Below the pieces are notes generated by a model that had not been told where the DNA came from, searched no databases, and saw only the letters and a program-made list of their open reading frames with translations. This document shows positions 1 through 12,621 of a stretch of DNA of 64,000 bases, one piece after another. Source of the stretch: Mobula hypostoma (lineage: Eukaryota); the NCBI RefSeq assembly GCF_963921235.1, contig NC_086097.1, forward strand, positions 40,612,001-40,676,000, read 5' to 3'. The stretch's first letter is position 1, and every line of letters starts with the position of its first letter. The translations under genes were made by a program, and so were the position numbers.

Positions 1-97
1 TCTGTTTATTTTCTGCAGCAGAGAAATACAGGAGTAAAAATCCACCAGCCAAGCATTTTACAGCACGTGATGTGTATTTGTTACCTATTATATGCTT

Positions 98-620
98 TAG
101 TGGCTACTTTATTTGGTACACTTGCTTGTTAAAGTAAATATCTAGTTAGCCAAACATGTGGCAGCAGTTCAATGCATAAAAGCTTGGAGACATGGTCAAG
201 AAGTTCAGTTTAAGTACTAGAATGGGGAAGAAATGTGATTTTAACCATGGAATGATTGCTGGTGCCAGACAGGGTGATTTGTGTATGTCAGAAGCTGCTG
301 ATCTCCTGGGATTTTTTTTCACGCAACAGTCTCCAGAGAATGGTGTGAAAAGTACAAACATCCAGTGAGCAGTAGTTCTGTAGGTGAAAAGTCTTGTTAA
401 TGAGAGAGGTCAATGGAGAATGGCCAGAGTAGTTCTAGCTGACAGGAAGGTGACAGTAACTTAAATAACCATGCATTACAACAGTGGTGTGCAGAAAAGC
501 ATCTCTGAGCACACAACACATTGAACCTTGAAGTGGATGGGCGACAGCAGCAGAAGCCCACAAACATACACTCAGTGGCCACTTTATTTGGTACAGGAGG
601 TGGGTAATAAAGTGGTCATG
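98..620 (+). mobile_element. Tc1-derived non-autonomous DNA transposon with a decayed N-terminal transposase fragment
   Basis: TIR-like tagtggctactttatttggtaca at 98-120. Translation MGKKCD.FNHGMIAGAR...SEAADLLGF and RGQWRMARVVLADRKVTVT*ITMHYNSGVQKSISEHTT..TLKWMG matches the Tc1 HTH region. TIR hairpin at 573-620. Confidence 0.85.
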
Positions 621-890
621 GATAGTAGATAGGGCCCAATGATAAATTCTATTCACTGCGTTAGAGCTGACAATTGGGTGTTACATTTATTAGGCACTGC
701 TTCAAGCTGGCCATTTTGCACCAAGGCTAAAGACATTTTTTTTTTACACTATTGCATTTAGACTACTGGTCTAAGTTTAATCAGATGAATGATTAAAATT
801 TATATATTGTTGGTTTTGTGTTAGTGTCTCACAGAAGATAATATAGTACAGCACACTGCAGGTACTTTGGCCCAAAATGTTGTGCTGACC

Positions 891-2076
891 TGAATCAGAA
901 TCAGGTTTATTATCACCGGCATGTGACATGAAATTTGTTAAGTTAGTAGCAGGAGTTCAATGCAATAAATAATCTAGCAGACAGAGAAAAAAATAATAAT
1001 AAAATAAAACATAATAAATAAATGAGTAAATCAATTATGTGGATTGAATAGATTTTAAAAATGTGCAAAAGCAGAAATACTGTATAGTTTTAAAAAAAAG
1101 TGAGGTAGTGTCCAAAGCTTCAATGTCTATTTCGGAATCGGATGGCGTAAGGGAAGAAACTGTTCCTGAATCGCTGAGTGTGTGCCTTCAGGCTTCTGTA
1201 TCTCCTACCTAATGGTAACAGTGAGAAAAGGGCATGCCCTGGGTGCTGGAGATCCTTAATAATGAACGCTGCCTTTCTGAGACACCGCTCCCTGAAGGTG
1301 TCCTGGGTACTTTGTAGGCTAGTGACCAAGATGGAGCTGACTAGATTTACAACCTTCTACAGCTTCTTTCAGTCCTGTGCAGTAGCCCCTCCATACCAGA
1401 CAGTGATGCAGCCTGTCAGAATGCTCTCCACGGTACAACTATAGAAGTTTTTGAGTGTATTTGTTGACATGCCAAATCTCTTCAAATGCATAATAAAGTG
1501 TAGCTGCTGTCTTGCCGCCTTTATTGATATGTTGGGACCAGGTTAGATCCTCAGAGATCTTGACCCAGGATCTTGAAGCTGCTCACTCTCTCCACTTCTG
1601 ATCCCTCTATGAGGATTGGTATGTGCTCCTTTGTCTTACCCTACCTGAAGTCCACAATCAGCTCTTTCATCTTACTGACGCTGAGTGCCAGGTTGTTGCT
1701 GTGACACCACTCCACTAGTTGGCATATCTCACTCCTGTGTGCCCTCTTGTCACCACCTGAGATTCTACCAACAATGGTTGTATCGTGAGCAAATGTGTAG
1801 ATGGTATTTGAGCTATGCCTAGCCATACAGTCATGGGTATAGGGAGAGTAGAGCAGTGGGCTAAGCACACATTCTTGAGGTGCATCAGTGTTGATCATCA
1901 GTGATGAGGACATGTTATCACCAATCTGCACAGACTGGTCTTCCGGTTAGGAAGTTGAGGATCCAATTTCAGAGGGAGGTACAGAGGCCCAGGTTCTGCA
2001 ACTTCTCGATCAGGATTGTGGGAATGATGGTATTAAATGCTGAGCTATCGTTGATGAACAGCATCCTGAAGTAGGT
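891..2076 (-). mobile_element. Rex1/Babar LINE, 5'-truncated, inserted in a CR1 3' remnant (about 835-890 and 2077-2340)
   Basis: ORFs 1641-1931 ([27 protein letters not shown]) and 1120-1329 (HPGHALFSLLP.GRRYRSL, RFRNSFFP). AATAAA followed by a (GATTCT)n tail at the left end. Confidence 0.9.
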
Positions 2077-3109
2077 CCATGATCAATCTAACCTCTCCCA
2101 CCTACACAGTCCATGACCCTCCATTCTTTTTGCACCCACGTGCTTACTGAAGAGTCTTTTAAATGTTTCCATTGCATCAGCCTCTGCCACTAGACCCGGC
2201 AGGTGTTTACCACTCCGTGTGTATAAACATAAACCTATCTCTGACATCTCCCCATAAAGCTTCCTCCACTCAGCTTAATCAGATGACCTCTGTATTTGGC
2301 TATCGCTGTTCTGGACAAAAGGGGAAACTGGCTACTTGCGGGTGAGTAGTGTATCCGTGATCTGCATTGATCTTGTTATGTCTTGTAAGGGGAACATCAG
2401 TAATTTAACATAATGTTGACCATTGAAATATGAGGCTGGGAGTTGCCGTGTGCAGGACATTGATGTGATTGCATGCAATCTCCAAATGCCATCTCATTCT
2501 TAAACTACTCAACTTGCTTCTGTTTCAATTTCCGCTTGAGTTCATAATGAAGGTCATGATTTCTCCCCAAACGCTTCCATGTCTGCTGGCTGTGGAGGAA
2601 GTGTAGGCCACATGGTGATGATGTCACTAGCTCTATGACTGATGCTGGTCAAATGTCAACTGCATAATGAGAATCACAGCCAGGTTGTTTTCTGGATGGT
2701 TGAAAATCCACCAGCAAATGATGAGTAGCTTGTTCTAATGTGCACAGAATACAGTTTAGACACCAATGTATATTTTTTGTTAAATGGAGTGACTGGGTCC
2801 AATTTCTATGCTAGAACTTTGCCAAATTGAAGTAGAGTCGAGGGCTGGAAGATGCCTTTAGAAATTGTGGGAGGTAAAAATTGTCAGCATGTACCATATG
2901 CTGGTAGTGTGGTGTGAATTGCTGATTTTGACGAAAGTGATTATCTGATCGGACCATTTATATTAACAATCCTGAGTATCTTTACCTATTAGAAGAAAAC
3001 CTTTATAAATTAAGGCAATGATGAAACAGCTGAATTGTAAGCAAGAAACATTATTGTACATTTTGCACTATTACTGAAAAACTGACTTCACTTTTTGGAA
3101 TCTTACTTG

Positions 3110-3820
3110 GCGCAAAGGAACATGGTTGTGGTTAAGGATTGGTTATCTTCGCCAGAGAACATCTCTGCTGTCTCTTGCTGGTGCCCTAGACCCAACCAAC
3201 TTCATTTGCTTCATCAATGACATCCATCCATCGGATGCTTGCCGATTGGATCATGTTAAACACCATTCATGACCTCTCTGATAATGAAGCATTCCACAAC
3301 GAAATGCAGCAATGCCTGGACAATATCCAGGCCTAGACCAATATGTGGTAAATATGTAGCTTGGTCAAGTGCAGCTTCAATAACACTCAAGTTCAGCACA
3401 ATACAGGATATAGCCATCTTTGTAGGCTCCTCGTCCACGACCATTGACTCATTCCACCACCGAGGCACAGTAGCAGTAGTCGGTACCATATGCACGATGC
3501 ACTGCAGCAAATTGCATCAACTCCTTGGATCATACTTTCCAAACCCACAACCTCTACCAACTAGAAGGACAAGGGTAGAAAGGGCTTGGCACATGACCAC
3601 CTGCAAGTGTCCCTCCAGGTCTTGATTTGTAACTATATCACGGTTCCTTCACCGTTACTGTGTCAAAATCCTGGAGCTCTCCCTGAAAGCATTGTGAGTA
3701 TACCCACACCTCAAGGACTGCAGCATTTGAAGAAAGTCACAGACTTCTCAAGGGCATTTATGGAGGAGTAATTAAATTCTGGCTCAGCCCATGAAACCCA
3801 TGATCCTTGAATGAATAAAA
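3110..3820 (+). mobile_element. Old L2/CR1-superclade LINE 3' remnant
   Basis: ORF 3269-3625 contains TIQDIA..IDSFHHRGTVAVVGTICTMHCS..PNPQPLPTRRTR. Related copies lie at about 10880-11450, 35480-35610 and 36420-36930. Confidence 0.65.
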
Positions 3821-4299
3821 ATAATGCTCTGACACCACTTGAGAGCTGTGACCATGATTTTGTTACACATGACGCAATCTTAATTTTAAAAAGTATCCTC
3901 TTACAAGGAGTAGTAAGCTGCATAATTGAAGGATGCATCCTTTCAATTCTCTTTTGACATGCTGAGTGGGGCTAAACTTGTTTTTAAATGGCTGTCTGGA
4001 GTGAGAGAGCATTAATGAATCTCTCGCAGCTTCCACGAGTGTGACATGAGAGCTTTTATTAGACACTGTAGTTGGCGTTCTTCAGTCAGTTTGTTGAAGT
4101 AACTTTCAGTTCAATGCATGCTCACTCTGCACATGTTACACTGCACACTTGAATACATCAGGCAGTTCTTTACCAAAATCCAAATTTGGACTTTAGAACA
4201 AAATTGATGCCTCTTCTGGGGCATTGACTAACATCTCTCCAAATAATTGATGAAAAGAGCGAGTCATTCGACAAGTGCAGATTATAGTTAGGATTTCCA

Positions 4300-4520
4300 C
4301 AAATGGTTTTGTTCCCAATAGGCACGCATTACCGTTAGAGCCCTCCCAAGGTTTCTGTCCTTTGGCCCACCTCCCTCATTGGTCACTAAGGATATCATCA
4401 AAAGGTGCGGATAGTATTTGATTGGATGTGAATGACACCCAGGCTACACCATCTCACCACCTACCCTGATGCCATTTGTACTGTGAGATCATTTAGGAAA
4501 AGGCAATAGATGAGCTGGCA
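4300..4520 (+). mobile_element. Ancient L2-type RT remnant (probably continues at about 8630-9140 and 9545-9780)
   Basis: Decayed [12 protein letters not shown] (cccaaggtttctgtcctttggcc), DII.R.G and DDTQ-like (aatgacacccag) segments. An L2-like 3' segment lies near 9640-9680. Confidence 0.5.
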
Positions 4521-4524
4521 ACAC

Positions 4525-7500
4525 TCGCAAGGATGGAGTACCTGGTAAGGCTCTGAAAACTTGTGCCAACCAACTGGCAGGAATATTCAAGGACATTTTC
4601 AAACTCCCACTGCTACAGGTAGAAGTTCCCACTTCAAAAAGGCAACAATTATACCAGTGCATAAGAAGAATAATGTGAGCTGCCTTAATGGCTATCGCCC
4701 AGTAGCACTCACATCAACAGTGACGAAATGCTTTGAAAGGTTGGTCATGACTAGAATGAACTCCTGCCTCAGCAAGGACCTGGACCCATTGCAATTTGCC
4801 TATCGCCACAGTAGGTCAACAGCAGATGGCTCTTCACAAGCCTTAGATCATCTGAACAATACAAACACCTAGGATGCTGTTCATTATATAGCTCAGCATC
4901 TAACACCATCATTCATACAATTCTGATTGATAAGTTACAGAACCTGGGCCTCTGCACCTCCCTCTGCAATTGGATCCCCAATTTCCTAATCAGAAGAGCA
5001 CAATCTGTGTGGATTGGTGATATTATCGCCTCCTCGCTGACGATCAATACTGGTGCACCTCAAGGATGTGTGCTTAGCCCACTGCCCTGCTCTCTCTATA
5101 CCCATGACTGTGTGGCTAGACATAGCTCTAATACCATCTATGAATTTGCTGATGATACGATTGTTGGTAGAATCTGAGATGGTGACAAGAGGGCGTACAG
5201 GAGCGAGATATGCCAACTAGTGAAATGCTGTTGCAGCAACAACCTGGCACTCAACGTCAGTAAGATGAAAGAGCTGTTTGTGGACTTTAGGAAGGGTAAG
5301 AAGAAGGAACACATACCAATCCTCATAGAGGGATCAGAAGTGGAGAGAGTGAGCAGCTTCAAGTTCCTGGGCATCAAGATCTCTGAGGACTTAATTTGGT
5401 CCCAAGATTTTGATGTAGTTGTTATGAAGACAAGACCGTGTCTATACTTCATTGGGAGTTTGAAGAGATTTGGTATGGCAACAAATACACTCAAATACAT
5501 TACGGGGTCTCTGTGGGTGGAAGTCAGGAATAGGAAGGGGTCAATACCTCTACTGGGTGTTTTTTTATAGACCACCCAATAGTAACAGGGCCATCGAGAA
5601 GCAGATATGGAGACAGATTCTGCAAAGGTGTAATAATAACAGGGTTGTTGTTGTGGGAGATTTTAATTTCCCAAATATTGAGTGGCATCTCCCGAGAGTG
5701 AGGGGTTTAGATGGGGTGGAGTTTGTTCGGTGTGTTCAGGAAGGTTTCTTGACACAATATGTAGATAAGCCTACAAGAAGAGAGGCTGAACTTGATCTGG
5801 TATTGGGAAATGAACCTGGTCAGGTGTCAGGTCTCTCAGTGGGAGAGTATTTTGGAGAAAGTGATCACAATTATATCTCCTTTACCATAACATTGGTGAG
5901 GGATAGGAACAGCAAGTTAGGGAAATGTTTAATTGGAGTAAAGGGAAATATCAAGCAGGAACTTGGAAGCATAAATTGGAAACAGATGTTCTCAGGGAAA
6001 TAGACGGAAGAAATGTGACAAATGTTCAGGGAATATTTGCGTAGGGTTCTGCATAGGTACGTTCCAATGAGACAGGGAAAGGATGATGGGGTACAGGAAC
6101 CATGGTGCACAAAGACTGTTGTAAATCTAGTCAAGAAGAAAAGAGCTTATGAAAAGTTCAAAAAACTAGGTAATGATAGAAGATCTAGAAGATTATAAGG
6201 CTAGCAGGAAGCTTAAGAATGAAATTAGGAGAGCCAGAAGGGGCCATGAGACAGCCTTGGTGGATAGGATTAAGGAAAACTCCAAGGCATTCTACAAGTA
6301 TGTGAAGAGCAAGAGGATAAGACGTGAGAGAATAGGACCAACCAAGTATGACAGTAGAAAAGTGTGTGTGGAACCGAAAATGATAGCAGAGGTACTTAAT
6401 TAGTACTATGCTTCATTATTCACTACGGAGGAGAATCTTAGTGATTTTAGGGATGACCTACAGTGGATTGAAAAGCTTGAGCATATAGACATTAGGAAAG
6501 AGGATGTGCTGGAGATTTTGGAAAGCATCAAGTTGGATAAGTCGCCAGGACCGGACGGGATGTACCCTAGGCTACTGTAGGAAGCGAGGGAGGAGATTGA
6601 TGAGCTTCTGATGATGATCTTTGAATCATTAATGGGGACAGGAGAGGTTCCAGGGGATTGGATGGTTCCGGATGTTGTTCCCTTATTTAAGAAAGGGAGT
6701 AGAGATATTCCAGGAAATTATAGACCACTGAGTCTTACTTCAGTGGTTGGTAAGTTGATGGAGAAGATCCTGGAAGGCAGGATTTATGAATATTTGGAGA
6801 GGCATAATATGATTAGGAATAGTCAGCATGGCTTTGTCAATGGCAGGCCGTGCCTTACGAGCCTGATTGAATTTTTTGAGGATATGACTAAACACGTTGA
6901 TGAAGGCAGAGCCGTAGATGTAGTGTATATGGATTTCAGCAAGACATTTGACAAGGTACCCCATGCAAGGCTTATTGAGAAAGTAAGGAGGCATGGGATC
7001 CAAGGGGACATTGCTTCATGGATCCAGAATTGGCTTGCCCACAGAAAGCAAAGAGTGGTTGTAGATGGGCCGTATTCTGCATGGAGGTCGGTGACCAGTG
7101 GTGTTCCTCAGGGATCTGTTCTGGGACCCCTGCTCTTCGTGATTTTTATAAATGACCTGGATGAGGAAGTGGAGGGAAGGGTTAGTAAATTTGCTGATGA
7201 CACAAGGGTTGGGGGTGTTGTGGATAGTGTGGAGGGCTGTCAGAGGTTACAGCTGGACATTGATAGGATGCAAGACTGGGCTGAGAAGTGGCAGATGGTG
7301 AGTTCAACTTAGAAAAGTGTGAGGTGGTTCATTTTGGTAGGTCAAATATGATGGCAGAATATAGCATTAATGGTAAGACTCTTGGCAGTGTGGAGGATCA
7401 GAAGGATCTTGGGGTCAGAGTCCATAGGACACTTAAAGCTTCTACGTAGGTTGACTCTGGTTAAGAAGGCATACAGTACACTGACCTTCTTCAACCGTGG

Positions 7501-8627
7501 GATTGAGTTTAAGAGCTGAGAGGTAATGTTGCAGCTATATAGGACCCTGGTCAGAACCCACTTGGAGTACTGTGCTCAATTCTGGTCGCCTCACTACAGG
7601 AAGGGTGTGGAAACCATGGAAAGGGTGCAGAGGAGATTTACAAGGATGTTGCCTGGATTAGGGGAGCATGCCTGATGAGAATAGTTGTGTGAACTCGGCC
7701 TTTTCTCCTTGGAGCGACGGAGAATGATTGCTGACCTGATAGAAGTGTATCAGATGATGAGAGGCATTGCTCCTGTGGATAGTCAGAGGCTTTTTCCCAG
7801 GGCTGAAATTGCTAACACGAGAGGGCATAGTTTTAAGGTGCCTGGAAGTAGGTACAGAGGAGATGTCAGGGGTAAGTTTTTTTACACAGAGAATGGTGAG
7901 TGCGTGGAATGGGCTGCTGGCAGTGAAGGTGGAAATAATAGGGTCTTTTAAGAGACTCCTGGATGGGTACATGGAGCTTAGAAAAATGGAGGGTTATGGG
8001 TAAGCCTAGGTAGTTCTAATGTAAGGACATTTTCGGCACAGCTTTGTGGGCTGAAGGGCCTATATTGTACTGTAGGTTTTCTATGTTTCTAAAAACTTGT
8101 ATAGATATACCATGGAGAGCATTCTGACAGACTGCATCACTGTCCGGTATGTGGGGGTGAGGGAGCAACTGCACAGGTCCGAAAGAAGCTACAGAGGGTT
8201 GTAAATTTAGTTGGCTCCATCTTGGGTACTAGCCTTCAAAGTACCCAGGACATCTTCAAAGAGCGGTGTCTCGGAAAGGCAGCGACCTCCAGCACCCAGG
8301 GCATGCCCTTTTCTCACTGTTACCATCAGGTAGGAGGTACAGAAGTCTGCAGGCACACACTCAGTGATTCAGGAACAGCTTCTTCCCCTCTGCCATCCAA
8401 TGCTTAAATGGACATGGAACCTGTGAACACTACCTCACATTTTTTTAGATATATATTGTTTCTGCTTTTTGCACAATTTTTAATCTATTCAATATGCGTA
8501 ATTGATTAACTTATTTATTATTATCATTATTTTTCTCTTCTATATTATGTATTGCATTGAACTGCTGCTGCTAAGTTAACAAATTTCACGACACATGCCG
8601 GTGATATTAAACCTGATTCTGATTCTG
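4525..8627 (+). mobile_element. Rex1/Babar LINE split by a CR1 insertion (Rex arms 4525-5495 and 8091-8627)
   Basis: [23 protein letters not shown] and FADD motifs. The sequence acactc|aaaaact rejoins across the CR1, as in the unsplit copy near 33600. (GATTCT)n tail at 8616-8626. Confidence 0.92.
5496..8090 (+). mobile_element. CR1/L3 LINE, 5'-truncated (part of the APE endonuclease plus RT)
   Basis: YRPPN, VVGDFNFP, LDLVL and SDH endonuclease motifs. ORF 6611-7312 has [31 protein letters not shown] and KFADD. (TTTCTATG)n tail at 8078-8090. Confidence 0.95.
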
Positions 8628-8700
8628 GATTGTCTTACTGTGTCCCCTGGAAAGTCTCTGATGCTTTTGCCTTTGTACAAACACATTGTTTTTCCACACA

Positions 8701-8791
8701 ATGACGAAGGGTCTCGGCCTGAAACGTCGACTGCACCTCTTCCTACAGATGCTGCTTGGCCTGCTGCGTTCATCAGCAACTTTGATGTATG
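8701..8791 (+). mobile_element. Short PLE terminal-repeat insert with hammerhead motif
   Basis: Near-identical to 55153-55246. Perfect 15-bp TSD ttgtttttccacaca (8686-8700 / 8792-8806). Confidence 0.9.
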
Positions 8792-9139
8792 TTGTTTTTC
8801 CACACACCTGATTTTTGCCATCTTTACCTTAGAGCATGATTTACCTTCAAACTCCTTTCTGAGCTGTTTGTTGACTCTGGATGCAATTTCTCCCTTGGTA
8901 TCCCTGATGGCCTGTGATATCCAAGCTCCTGTAGCCCAAGTGCAATCTCATATTAATTCTTGTTACTATCTGTATACTTTGGCTTCTGATCCAGAAAGGA
9001 CTTCAGTTTATAATGTGCATGCATATATTAATATCCTGGATTTTTTCATGTGCTCCTTCAGCCCAAACTGTCTCACATTTGTCTCCTTTAGCACATCAGG
9101 AAAACCAGTTTCTCCCTCTGGAACCCATCTACATTTCTC

Positions 9140-9540
9140 GCTGCCTTGGGAAAACAACCAACATAAGTAGGCCCCTCTCTCACCTGGCACATTCCCTCTT
9201 CTCTCCCCTGCCATCAGGCAGAAGATATGAAAGCTTGAAAGTATGCATCATCAAGCTCAGGGACAGCTTCTTTCCCCATTGTTACAAGTCTGCTGAATGG
9301 GCGTCTTGCAGAATAAGATGCATTCTTGACCTCACAAACTACCTTGTCATGACCCTACACCTTATTGCTTAGTTGCACCACACTCTGTAACTGTAACACT
9401 TTATTCTGCATTCTGTTTTTGGTTCTTCCTTGCACTACCTTAATGCACTGTTGTAATGAATTGATCTGTATGAATGGTATGCAAGAACATTTTTTTACTA
9501 TATCTAGGTACAAATGACAGTAATAAACCAAACATCTCTT
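9140..9540 (+). mobile_element. Rex/Babar-like 3' fragment
   Basis: AHSLFSPLPSGRRYESLK..KLRDSFFP. AATAAA at about 9522. Confidence 0.75.
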
Positions 9541-9867
9541 CACATTTTTAGTCCTGGCCTTGTGTGCATCCCTTGGACTTCAGTGTGGTAGAAGTCATAC
9601 TACTGAATCTCTCTCTGCCTGTGGCTTCCCTTCTTTTAGCCCTTCTTTAAAATTTAATCTTTAGACAAAACTTTTGGTCCCTGTCCCTGATATCTGGCTT
9701 CATTTTTTATCGAATTTCTTCTCTGTGAGCTCCTCCAGGATTATATCAAAGATGTATATAAATGGGGCCTTTGCTGTAAGTATGACCAGGCATGGTAGAT
9801 TGTTCTGTAATATTTGATTTGTCTGCTTGGCACGTTGTCATAGTGAACTGTGTAACTGTTTGGAAAG

Positions 9868-10470
9868 AATTGAATTGAATTGACTTTATTTCTTACATAC
9901 ACGAGGAGTAAAAATCTTTGTGTTACCTCTCTGTCTAAATGTGCAATGTATAATTTATAATAAATAGAACAGTCAATGTACATAGAATACACTCAGATCA
10001 GCGCGAGTTACTCAGTCTGATGGCCTGGTGGAAGAAGCTGTCCCAGAGCCCGTTGGTCCTGGCTTTTATGCTGTGGTACCATTTCCTGGATGGTAGCAGC
10101 TGGAATAGATTGTGGCTGGGGTGACTTGGGTCTCCAATGATCCTACGGGCCCTTTTTTCACACCTGTCTTTGTAAATGTCCTGAATCATGGGAAGTTCAC
10201 AACTCTGGGCTGTCCGCACCACTCTCTGCAGAATCCTGCAACTAAGGGAGGTACAGTTCTCATACCAGGCAGTGATGCAGCCAGTTAGGATGCTCTCAAT
10301 TGTGCCCCTGTAGAAAGTTCTTAGGATTTGGAGGCCCATACCAAACTTCCTCAATTGTCTGAGGTGAAAGGTGCTGTTGTGCCTTTTTCACCGCACAGCT
10401 GGTGTGCACAGACCACGTGAGTCCTCGGTGATGTGGATGCCGAGGAACTTAAAGCTGTTTACCTTCTCAA
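9868..10470 (-). mobile_element. Rex1/Babar LINE 3' fragment
   Basis: ORF 9998-10354 has FYRGTIESILTGCITAWY..DPSHPSHNLFQLLPS. (CAATT)n tail at the left end. Confidence 0.88.
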
Positions 10471-10879
10471 ACCCAGAACTAGCTGAAGCAAACTGCTTTC
10501 TGCTTACTCTTCCAAACTATAGCAATCAGACCAGACAACCCATTAATTCATTTCTTTTGGCTTCCAGAGAGTGGTAAGAGTTGTGCAGTTGATCAGGCAA
10601 TTGGATACTTTGAGGAACATAATTTAATAATGATTGCCTTGTACATTGAACTTTGTTAAACTTAATGAAATCACCTGCGGGATCCCAAAAATAACCCATG
10701 CAGCTTTTGGCACAGAATGTAGGGTACAGGAGTGCAAGCAATATCACCTGAAAGCTGTAAAGAGTTCTAGTGTGTAACGAATGGATGAGATATCTAGACT
10801 GACTAACATTTTTCTTGATATAGATATGGATTTGCTGAAGTACTAACTACATTTTAACGTATCTTTTTAAATTAATTCA

Positions 10880-11450
10880 GTTTTACAAGATTTGGCCCCA
10901 ATGTCTCAGCCAGCATTTATTACTTAAACATTGCTGCACATGTGAAAATGGTGGTGGGCAGCCCTGGTCTGCTGCAGTTCTTCTGCTGAAAGAACCCGGA
11001 CTGTTGGTTGGAGATTTATGCCCTGCATTGAAGGAAGAGTAATATATTTCCAAATTGGGATGGTGTACAACATGAAGGGAAGGTGTCCCCATGCACTTGT
11101 TGTCCTTGCCACTCTGGTGGTAGACGTCGGATGCTGTTGGAGTAGTCTCAGAGAGTAGATTTTGCAACTACTGTACTGCCGGCAGAGGGAATGAATATTT
11201 ATGATGGTGAATGAGTAGCTCTATCAGGTGCCTTGTCTGACAAGGCCAAAGGATTTGTGAGTTTTGTTGGAGCTGCGTTCATCAGACAGCTGGCAAGTGT
11301 TCCATGGCATTCCCCCTGACATGTCTTGCAGATTGTGAAAAGGCTTTGGTGAGTGTGGAGCTGAGTCACTCGCCACAGAGAATTCAGCCTCAGTGGTGCT
11401 CTGCTAGCTGCAGTATTTAAATGGCTGGTCCAGATGAGTCTCTGACATGA
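10880..11450 (-). mobile_element. Old L2/CR1-superclade LINE 3' remnant (same family as 3110-3820)
   Basis: Reverse-complement similarity to 3400-3800, including the aataaatgctggc terminus. Confidence 0.6.
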
Positions 11451-11764
11451 GCTACTGCAATCATTATTGAAGCAGAGTTGATTGCCTGGCTTGGGAGTAA
11501 TGACAAATTTAGGAATATGCCTGACTGAGGTTATAGATGGCGATGGTGTAGCTATCAGAATTTTGGAAAATACTGCTTCGGTGATTTAGATTTCTGCTTG
11601 ATGAGGATCTGTTTTGCGATTCTCATTCAGCCTTGTCCTGGCATTATCTCGTTGCTGAATGCCTTCAGTATACAGGCTGGTGAAGCTAGCTTCAACAGGT
11701 CACTCATATAAATGAAGACTGACACTGCAATTCATTGAATTCCGCATCCTGTGAAACAGTTACT

Positions 11765-12370
11765 GGCAGTAACTTTATTTCCTGGGAGGTCGGAGATTGA
11801 GGGGTGACTTGGTAGAGGTATTTAACATTGTGGCAGACATAGACGGGATGTGAACACTTAGACCTTTTCATAGGACGGGGATGCTAATAGCAAGAGGGCT
11901 TGGGTTTAAGGTCAAAGATGAGAGATTTAAAAGGGACATCAGGGACAGCTTCTTCATGCAAGAAGTTGTATGCATTTGGAATGAGTGTCATATATAGCAT
12001 AGGACTAGCAATTCCATCCCGTCAAATCCCAGAGCTACAGAAACGATAACAGAAGCCCCCAGGACCCCATCCCTGGCAGAGGCTGGATCTTCGAAGAAAG
12101 TCTGCACCTGGGGACAATTTGAAAGACTGTCCGAGGATAAAGGACACTGGGGAGCTACTGTCGGCAGCCCCAGTGGGGGCGATGGGCTTGAGGAAGGGTA
12201 TAGTGGTTGAGATGTTAGTACATTAGCAACATTTAAAAGCCATCTAGATAATTGAGGTTTAGAGGGTGATGAGTCAAATATGGGCAGATGGGATTAGCTG
12301 GATGGGAAATAAAGTTGGTGTCAAGCAGTTGGACCAAATAGCCTGTTTCCATGCTGTATGAGTTTAATAC
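11765..12370 (+). mobile_element. Old CR1 3' fragment interrupted by an RTE fragment
   Basis: RLRGDLVEVF-like (agattgaggggtgacttggtagagg), GHRFK-like and CR1 3'UTR segments. Confidence 0.7.
11995..12195 (+). mobile_element. RTE-clade LINE 3' end fragment
   Basis: Translates TWGQFERLSEDKGHWGATVG, matching the RTE C-terminal W..LERLAQDR..W motif. Confidence 0.6.
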
Positions 12371-12621
12371 TGGCATTTAATATCCACCCCTCCTTGCCAT
12401 GAGGTGAGGAAGCAGTTAAGAATCAACTGCATGGATGAGTCTGCAGTTATATCTAGACCAGAGAGAGTAAGGATAACAGATATCTTTAGCTGAAGGTGTT
12501 TGAGATTCCTATCATGTTGCCATCATATTGTTAGCAGTATTTTTTTAAATTTCTGATTTACTGTAATTGATGAATTGCACTTAAATCTGAACTTCCATTT
12601 CTTGATTCACAATCTAACTCT

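Noticed and set aside
5138..5575. Antisense ORFs over LINEs (also 6740-7003, 58418-58720 and 59566-59913)
   Set aside because: Shadow frames of RT coding sequence.
8595..9170. 191-aa ORF
   Set aside because: Chimeric read-through of a Rex tail, the PLE insert (DEGSRPETST) and L2 remnants.
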